Source: Klebsiella pneumoniae
GTDB taxonomy: Bacteria > Pseudomonadota > Gammaproteobacteria > Burkholderiales > UBA3065
Reading direction: 5' to 3'
DNA length: 64,000 nt
NCBI GenBank assembly: GCA_945897555.1
Contig: CAMDGF010000006.1
Location: 19,526-83,525, forward strand
The notes under the pieces were generated by a model. That model was given only the letters and a program-made list of their open reading frames with translations, was not told where the DNA came from and did not search any database. The position numbers and the translations under genes are program-made. Position 1 is the stretch's first letter. Each line of letters begins with the position of its first letter. Shown piece after piece: positions 1 to 6,478 of this stretch.

Positions 1-832
1 CAACCGCCCGGGCGCGATCAGCCTCGCCCAGCAGCACTGACCAAGCCGGCAGGTCAAGATCCCACTCGACCAAGGTGGGCCGCGGGCCGATGGCCTGCAA
101 GGCGTGTGCGTACACCGCCCACACCGTGTCCGACACTGGCCGCGAGTGGTCGTCGATCATCGGGCCGGAGGCCACCGGCGTGCAGCCCGCCAAGTGGTAC
201 TCGCCCACCGCAACGGCGGGCAAGGCGTCGACAAAGCGACACGCGGCTGCGACCACATCAGGCGCACCGGCGTTGCTTGCGTTGACAACGAGGTTGTTGA
301 GATCGAGCAGCAGGCCGCAGCCTGTCCGCTGGCACAGCGCGGCGAGGAATTCCGGCTCGGTAAGGCAGTCGTCGTCAAAGGCCCAGTAGGCCGACAGGTT
401 CTCGACCAGCAGCGGTCGCCGCAATGCATCCTGCACGCGGCCGACGTTGCCGCAGAGGATGTCGAGGCTAGCGGGCGTAAAGGCCAATGGCAGCAGGTCG
501 GCACCATGCACCGGCAGCGCCTCGCCCGGCAGCGGCGCACGCGCAAAGCAGGCGTGATCCGAGACCTGCAGCGGGTCGATGCGAGCCGTCAGGTCGACCA
601 GCCTTGCCAGATGTTGTGTGTCGATACCGACTGCCGACCCGAGGCCGAGCCCGACGCCGTGCAGACTGACATCGCAGCGCGCACGCACCGAGTCGATGAG
701 CGCGCGACTGGCGCCACCCGGCGCAAAGAAATTCTCGGAGTGGACCTCGACGAAGTCCGGCAGCGTGACCGCTTGGCCGAAATCCTGGTAATGCGGATGA
801 CGCAAGCCGACGCCGCAGCGCAGCTGAGTCAT
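1..832 (-). CDS. bufB: DUF692/MNIO-family enzyme (BufB-like); 3' end cut by the window edge
   Basis: Not in the ORF track because it is open at the edge. Manual minus-strand translation from the ATG at 832..830 gives MTQLRCGVGLRHPHYQDF..PDFVEVHSENFFAPGG..VSLHGVGLGLGS..VSDHACFA..LLVENLSAYWAF..GLLLDLNNLVVNA, typical DUF692 motifs. It lies 62 nt downstream of the DUF2282 precursor gene. Confidence 0.8.
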   Translation of the reverse strand, partial: MTQLRCGVGLRHPHYQDFGQAVTLPDFVEVHSENFFAPGGASRALIDSVRARCDVSLHGVGLGLGSAVGIDTQHLARLVDLTARIDPLQVSDHACFARAPLPGEALPVHGADLLPLAFTPASLDILCGNVGRVQDALRRPLLVENLSAYWAFDDDCLTEPEFLAALCQRTGCGLLLDLNNLVVNASNAGAPDVVAAACRFVDALPAVAVGEYHLAGCTPVASGPMIDDHSRPVSDTVWAVYAHALQAIGPRPTLVEWDLDLPAWSVLLGEADRARAV

Positions 833-894
833 CGCAACCTGGGGGCGGGCATCGCGGACGGACACGAGTGTCGCCTCCGTCCGCGCCACGCGCC

Positions 895-1173
895 TCAGTG
901 AGCGGAGCGGACCTGGGCCGAAGTCTTGCCTCCCATGTCCTTGCAGGTGCCGGCCGGCACGTACTTCCACTCGTTGATGTCGTTGTCGGTCTTGGCCTGA
1001 CCAGCACAGCTGTGCGTGCCCGACAGGTTGGCGCAATCGTTCTGGCCCGCCTTGACGACGCCAAAACACTTCTCCTTGGCACCCTTGTCGTCGGCGGCGG
1101 CGTTGCCGGCAGCACCAAGGGCCATGAGCGAAGCGATGGCGGCGGAGGCGATGAGACGTTGGTTCATTTTCAC
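895..1173 (-). CDS. bufA: DUF2282-family secreted Cys-containing peptide (bufferin BufA-like RiPP precursor)
   Basis: 92 aa. Sec-type signal peptide ([27 protein letters not shown]). Four Cys in the DUF2282 pattern EKCFGV..GQNDCA..HSCAGQ..GTCK. Followed by a DUF692 gene. Confidence 0.8.
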   Translation of the reverse strand: MKMNQRLIASAAIASLMALGAAGNAAADDKGAKEKCFGVVKAGQNDCANLSGTHSCAGQAKTDNDINEWKYVPAGTCKDMGGKTSAQVRSAH

Positions 1174-1404
1174 ATCCTTGCAGTTGGGTTCTGGGAGCGC
1201 CGCGACATTCGGTCCGGCGATGCCTTGCTTTGCAGGGCAAGCGTAACCTTACACAACCTAAAAAATCTTTTGAGGCTTGCGCTGTGTCAAGGTCGCGGCG
1301 CGGCAAGAACTGTCACTTGGCCATCTTGGCCTGCTCGAGGGTCTTGCCACCCATGGCGATTCAGCCGACCGACGCCGCGGCCGGTGGACCGCTAGAATAA
1401 AGGC

Positions 1405-2655
1405 ATGTCCCAGATCTCACTTTGGGCAGGAGCCTGCCTGTTCGGCCTCGCCATCCTGCACACCTTTTCAACGGCATGGATCGAGCGGCTGGGCCACCAC
1501 TACCCGGCCCACCACGGCACCTTCCACCTGCTCGCCGAAGTCGAGGCGGTCTTTGGTTTCTGGGCGATGGTGCTGTTCGTCTGGTTGATGGCCGCTGAGG
1601 GCATGACGGCGGCCGTGGACTATGCCGACACCCGCAACTACACCGAGCCGCTGTTCGTCTTCGCCATCATGGTGGTGTCGGCCTCGCGGCCAGTGATGTC
1701 GGTGGCACGCGCTCTGGTGGTGCGTGCCGCGAGGGTCTTGCCAGTCGAGGACGCCGTCGCACGGTTCTGGTTGCTCCTGACGCTGGTGCCACTGCTCGGC
1801 TCATTCATCACCGAGCCGGCAGCGATGACCCTGGCAGCCATCATGCTGCTGCCCCTGATCCGCAAGGACGCCCCGGAGGGCTTTAAATACGCCACGCTGG
1901 GCGTACTGTTCGTCAACGTATCGATCGGCGGCACGCTGACCCACTTTGCCGCCCCTCCGGTGCTCATGGTTGCCAGCACATGGGGATGGGACACCGCCTT
2001 CATGGCCACCCATTTCGGCTGGAAATCACTGCTCGCGGTGCTCATCAATGCGAGCATCCTCACGCTGGTCTTTCGCCGACACCTGGTGCTGGAGACACAT
2101 GAGGTGGCAGAAGGTGGGCGCAGTGTGCCCCTGCCGCTGCAAGCGCTGCATCTCGCCATGGTCGCCGGCATCGTTCTGTTCGCCCACCATCCACCCGTGT
2201 TCATGGGCATCTTCCTGCTGTTCATGGCGGTCGCGGCGGCCTATCCGCGCCATCATGACCGCCTGATCCTGCGCGAAGGGCTGCTGGTGGCGTCGTTCCT
2301 CGCCGGCCTCGTCGTCCTGGGTGGCCTGCAGCAGTGGTGGCTGGAGCCGCTGCTGCTGTCACTCTCGCCCGAGGCGGTCTATTACGGCGCGGCCGCCCTC
2401 ACTGCCATTACCGACAACGCCGCACTGACCTACCTCGGCTCGCTGGTGCCCGGCCTGAGCGACGACTTCAAGTACGCGCTGGTGGCTGGCGCCGTGGCCG
2501 GCGGCGGCCTCACGGTGATCGCCAACGCACCCAACCCGGCCGGCGGCGCCCTGCTGCGGGGCCGATTTGCCGATGGCCAGATCGCGCCGCTCGGCCTACT
2601 GGCAGGCGCAGCCCTGCCGACGGCCGTGGCGCTGGCCTGCCTAAAGGTCCTGTAG
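1405..2655 (+). CDS. Polytopic membrane protein; resembles the putative Na+/H+ antiporter family formerly called DUF1504
   Basis: 416 aa and highly hydrophobic throughout. The N-terminus (LHTFSTAWIERLGHHYPAHHG) and the length fit my recollection of that family. Family assignment is tentative. Confidence 0.55.
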   Translation: MSQISLWAGACLFGLAILHTFSTAWIERLGHHYPAHHGTFHLLAEVEAVFGFWAMVLFVWLMAAEGMTAAVDYADTRNYTEPLFVFAIMVVSASRPVMSVARALVVRAARVLPVEDAVARFWLLLTLVPLLGSFITEPAAMTLAAIMLLPLIRKDAPEGFKYATLGVLFVNVSIGGTLTHFAAPPVLMVASTWGWDTAFMATHFGWKSLLAVLINASILTLVFRRHLVLETHEVAEGGRSVPLPLQALHLAMVAGIVLFAHHPPVFMGIFLLFMAVAAAYPRHHDRLILREGLLVASFLAGLVVLGGLQQWWLEPLLLSLSPEAVYYGAAALTAITDNAALTYLGSLVPGLSDDFKYALVAGAVAGGGLTVIANAPNPAGGALLRGRFADGQIAPLGLLAGAALPTAVALACLKVL

Positions 2656-2768
2656 CCGTATCGCTCACATAAACAGTGCCCGGCGGCCCACTACCTCGGG
2701 TGTCACTTGTTCTCGCTCCCCGCTACGCGAGGTCGCTTCGAAAAGGACACCCGGCGGGGGCCGCCCGA

Positions 2769-4304
2769 TCAGGCCTCATTGAGCCGCCCCAAAAGTTCGC
2801 TGGCCTGCACCCGCACCATCGCCCGCTCCTCGCCCGACAGCCGCTGCAGGTTCTTCACCATCAATGCAGTCCGCGGGCTACCGCCCAACTCGGCCTCGTG
2901 GCGGTCGAGGAAGTGCCAGTAAAGTGTGGTCAGCGGACAGGCATCGTCGCCAGTCTTCTTGGCAGGGTCATAGCGGCAACCCGAGCAATGGTTGCTCATG
3001 CGCTGGATGTAGGCACCGCTTGCTGCATAAGGCTTGCTGGTGAAGCGCCCGCCATTGGCGTAGAGCGCCATGCCGGCCACGTTGGGCAATTCCACCCACT
3101 CCACCGCATCCACATAGACCGCCAGGTACCAATGCGCCACCTGCCGCGGGTCGATCTCGGCCAAAAGGCTGAACAGCCCCGTCACCATCAGGCGCTGGAT
3201 GTGGTGCGCGTAGCCGTAGCGCAATGTCTGCGTGATGGCATCGCGCTGGCAGGCCATGTGCGTGTCGCCGGTCCAGAACCAGCGTGGCAGGTCGCGCGCG
3301 TGGCCAAAGTGGTTCGCCGCAGCCAAACCCGGCATCTCCAGCCAGTAGACGCCGCGGATGAACTCGCGCCAGCCGATGATCTGGCGCACAAAGCCCTCGA
3401 CGCTGGCGAGCCCCGCCCTGCCAGAGCGCCACGCCGCCACCGCCGTCTCGGCCACCTCACGTGGGTCGAGCAACTTAAGGTTCAGCGCGGCGGAGATGCG
3501 CGCGTGGTAAAGGAACGCCTCTCCCGCCCACATCGCGTCTTGGTAGCGGCCGAACAGCTCGAGCCGGTGCTCGACGAAGTCCCCTAGCGCGGCGAGCGCC
3601 TGCTCTCGCGTCACCGGCCAATCGAAGTCGTCGACGCTGCCGGGGTTGTCCGGGAAGTGACGGCGCACCGCATCCATCACTTCGCGCGTGACATCGTCCG
3701 GCGTGAAACCCAGATGCGCCGGCACCAACCCCGGCCCCTTGCGGCCAAAGCTCGAACGGTTGTCGGCATCGTAGTTCCACTCGCCACCGGCGGGCTCAAC
3801 CCCTTCCATGAGGATGCCGGTCTGCTTGCGCACATGGCGGTAGAAGAACTCCATGCGCAGCTGTTTGTAGCCCTTGGCCCAGCGCATGAAATCGGCGCGG
3901 CTGACGATGAAATGCGTATCGAGGCGTAGTTCAAGGCCGCATTCGGCCTGCTCCGCCACACCCCGCAGCGCAGCTTCGAGCCAATACTCGCCCGGCTCGA
4001 CGCAGACCAGCGTCTGCGGCTGCAGGGCTGCCACGTGGTGCGCGATCAGCTCGACGAGGCCGCCCTGCGGCGCATCATCGAGGGCGTGGTAAGTCACCGG
4101 CCAGCCGCGCCCGCGCAGCGCAGCGGCAAAGTGCCGCATCGCCGAGAGGAACAACACGGTGCGCGCCTTGTGCGACCAGACCCGTTCGCCCTCGCCGCGC
4201 GCTTCGACCATGAGGATATGGTCTTGCGCCGGGTCAAAGCCGTCCAGCGCCGAGGAATCGTGGTCCAGCTGGTCGCCGAGGACCAGCACGAGCTTGCGCA
4301 TCAT
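2769..4304 (-). CDS. FeS-cluster bacterial cryptochrome/(6-4) photolyase (FeS-BCP, PhrB/CryB type; COG3046-like)
   Basis: 511 aa. N-terminus MRKLVLVLGDQLD. Motifs GWREFIRGVYW and HHIQRLMVTG. Four Cys spaced C..(MACQRD)..C-x2-C-x12-C (HCSGCRYDPAKKTGDDAC), as in the [4Fe-4S] site of PhrB. Confidence 0.85.
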   Translation of the reverse strand: MMRKLVLVLGDQLDHDSSALDGFDPAQDHILMVEARGEGERVWSHKARTVLFLSAMRHFAAALRGRGWPVTYHALDDAPQGGLVELIAHHVAALQPQTLVCVEPGEYWLEAALRGVAEQAECGLELRLDTHFIVSRADFMRWAKGYKQLRMEFFYRHVRKQTGILMEGVEPAGGEWNYDADNRSSFGRKGPGLVPAHLGFTPDDVTREVMDAVRRHFPDNPGSVDDFDWPVTREQALAALGDFVEHRLELFGRYQDAMWAGEAFLYHARISAALNLKLLDPREVAETAVAAWRSGRAGLASVEGFVRQIIGWREFIRGVYWLEMPGLAAANHFGHARDLPRWFWTGDTHMACQRDAITQTLRYGYAHHIQRLMVTGLFSLLAEIDPRQVAHWYLAVYVDAVEWVELPNVAGMALYANGGRFTSKPYAASGAYIQRMSNHCSGCRYDPAKKTGDDACPLTTLYWHFLDRHEAELGGSPRTALMVKNLQRLSGEERAMVRVQASELLGRLNEA

Positions 4305-4368
4305 GCCCGGAGCGCCATCAAGGTCAGGCTCTCCATCGCGATAAGGTTCTCCATCGGACAGCTCATGC

Positions 4369-4536
4369 TCACCCCCCCTTTCTGCGGCAGGCGTCCGAGC
4401 AGTACTTCACCTGGTCCCAGTTCTTCTCCCACTTCTTGCGCCACGTCATGGGCCGCCCGCAAGCCGCGCAGGGCTTGCTCGGAAGGTAGGATTTGTTGCC
4501 GGCGAAGTCGCGCTCGCCGCCGCTCTTGCCCGCCAT
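4369..4536 (-). CDS. Small zinc-ribbon protein, DUF2256-like (55 aa)
   Basis: Below the ORF-track size cutoff. Manual translation gives MAGKSGGERDFAGNKSYLPSKPCAACGRPMTWRKKWEKNWDQVKYCSDACRRKGG. The ATG at 4536..4534 overlaps the upstream TGA at 4538..4536 (ATGA coupling). The stop codon is at 4371..4369. Confidence 0.7.
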   Translation of the reverse strand: MAGKSGGERDFAGNKSYLPSKPCAACGRPMTWRKKWEKNWDQVKYCSDACRRKGG

Positions 4537-6344
4537 CAACCGCCCTCCTCGCCAAAGTCAAAGCCGAGCTGCGGCGATGGTCCTGCGGATACACCGCTCG
4601 AGCGTCCCCGGCGTCTGCCACGCGGAGCGTTCTGCCCAGCTGATCCGCTGGCAGCGCCGATACCGGAGGCATCCAGAGTGCCGCTGCCCATTCCAGCTCC
4701 CGAAGCGGCGAGCCGCGGCCGCTCTCCGCGCTGACGGATGCCGCTCTTGCGACTGCCGTGGCGCAACATCACCTCGGCGGCCTCGCCCCGTACGTTATCC
4801 CGCCGGCGGAAGGCGCCCATGCGCTCACGGGCCAGGCGGGTGGCCGCGACAAAGTCGACCACCGGCGTCGGATAGTGGCGGCCGATGTGCACGCCGAAAT
4901 GCTGCTGCAAGCCGGGTGGCAATCGCCACGGCTCGAACAACCACTCGGTGGGCAGCGCCGCCAGCTCGGGGCACCAGCGCCGCACAAAGACGCCATCCGG
5001 GTCGTGGTCACGCGCCTGCTTGACCGGGTTGTAGATGCGCACCGCATTGATGCCGGTGGTGCCCGATTGCATCTGCATCTGGCTCCAGTGGATGCCTGGT
5101 TCGTAGTCGGTGAACAACCGCGCCAGATGCAGGCCAGGCTCGCGCCAATGCAGCCAGAGCGGGAAGGCGGCGAAAGAGACCAGCATGGCTCTCATGCGAA
5201 AGTTGAGCCAGCCGGTGGCAGCGAGCATGCGCATGCAGGCATCCACCAAAGGATAGCCCGTCTGCCCGACCGCCCATCGCTCAAAGTGCTCTGGGTCGAA
5301 GCTGTCCTCGCGCATGCCATCGAAGGCACGGACCATGTTGTGGTGCTCGATCGCCGGCTCGGATTCGAGCTTTTGCATGAAGTGGCAGTGCCAGTAGAGC
5401 CGCCCCTCGAAGCTCTTGAGCGAGGCCAACCAGCGGCTCCGCGCCGGTGACGGGGGCTCGGCCTGCAGCGCCTCGCGGCGCATGTTGAGCGCTGCCAGCA
5501 CTTGGCTCAAGGAGAGCGTGCCGTGTGCCAGATGCGCCGAGATGCGCGAACACACATCGGGCCCGGTCAGCGGGCTCGACATGCCGGTGCGGTAGGTCTC
5601 GCCGTTGCAGTGAAGGAACCTCTCGAGCGTCGCGAGCCCCGCTGCAGAACCGCCGGGCTGCCACAGCGGCTCTTCGAGTGCGACAGGCACGCTGCCCATC
5701 GCCAAGGCCGCATCAACATGAGTCTTGCGCGTGCCGTGCTGCCGGCCGGCCTCGGGAAGCAGGGCCGGCCGACCCACCATGAGCCGGCCCTCCACCTGCA
5801 AACTCGCTGCGAGCCCGGCCGGTGAGGGAGGCAAACGCCCCGGGGCTTCGAGCAGCGGCCGCCGCAAGCGTTCGTCCCAGCGCCGAGACCAGCCGTTGCG
5901 CGATCTGAGCCGCCGGATGACCCCGTTCTGCGTATGTTCATGCCACTCGATGTTGTGCACCCGGCACCACTCGGCCACCCGTCGGTCACGCGCATAGGTC
6001 ACTGCGTTACCGGTCTCTTGGTGCGACAGCAGATGGTCGAACGGCCACGAATTGTGGATCGCCATGAGCACATCCACGGCATCGCCATGCAGCTCGAGCA
6101 GCCCCCCGCCACGCAGCTCGAGTTGGGCATTCAGGTCGTCCAGACTCTCGGCTATGAAACGGCGGTGGCGGCTGGAACTGTCTTCGGCTTCAGCCGCAGG
6201 CGTCCCGTGGACGGCCGGCTCCCAAAGGAACACTGCCAGCATATGGGCCGCTTGACACGCGGCACGCAGCGCTGTGTGATCGCCCACTCGCAGGTCGCGC
6301 TTGAACCACAGCAGGGTGTTGGCAGAGGTCGGCAATGCGGGCAT
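4536..6344 (-). CDS. Cryptochrome/photolyase-family flavoprotein with a ~90-aa Gly/Ser/Arg-rich C-terminal tail; subclass not resolved
   Basis: 602 aa. N-terminal photolyase signature LLWFKRDLRVGDHTAL. FAD-domain motifs GRLYWHCHFMQKLE, TGYPLVDACMRML, GWLNFRMRAMLVSF and NPVKQARDHDPDG. Confidence 0.8.
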   Translation of the reverse strand: MPALPTSANTLLWFKRDLRVGDHTALRAACQAAHMLAVFLWEPAVHGTPAAEAEDSSSRHRRFIAESLDDLNAQLELRGGGLLELHGDAVDVLMAIHNSWPFDHLLSHQETGNAVTYARDRRVAEWCRVHNIEWHEHTQNGVIRRLRSRNGWSRRWDERLRRPLLEAPGRLPPSPAGLAASLQVEGRLMVGRPALLPEAGRQHGTRKTHVDAALAMGSVPVALEEPLWQPGGSAAGLATLERFLHCNGETYRTGMSSPLTGPDVCSRISAHLAHGTLSLSQVLAALNMRREALQAEPPSPARSRWLASLKSFEGRLYWHCHFMQKLESEPAIEHHNMVRAFDGMREDSFDPEHFERWAVGQTGYPLVDACMRMLAATGWLNFRMRAMLVSFAAFPLWLHWREPGLHLARLFTDYEPGIHWSQMQMQSGTTGINAVRIYNPVKQARDHDPDGVFVRRWCPELAALPTEWLFEPWRLPPGLQQHFGVHIGRHYPTPVVDFVAATRLARERMGAFRRRDNVRGEAAEVMLRHGSRKSGIRQRGERPRLAASGAGMGSGTLDASGIGAASGSAGQNAPRGRRRGRSSGVSAGPSPQLGFDFGEEGG

Positions 6345-6424
6345 GCAGGCTCGGACAAGCGCCTGTGGCGTGTGTTCGCCAGTCGGCCCCGGTTTTGCCG
6401 CGGCTGCCGCACCGAGGCCAAAGC

Positions 6425-6440
6425 TGGCCCGACTTTTGCT
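6425..6440 (+). promoter_or_regulatory. Sigma54-type (-24/-12) promoter upstream of fliK
   Basis: The sequence TGGCCCGACTTTTGCT has GG and GC separated by exactly 10 nt and matches TGGCAC-N5-TTGCW. It lies 39 nt upstream of the fliK ATG. Confidence 0.55.
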
Positions 6441-6478
6441 TGGATTCTTGCGAACCCTTTGCGAGCTGGTTGAAGCCC

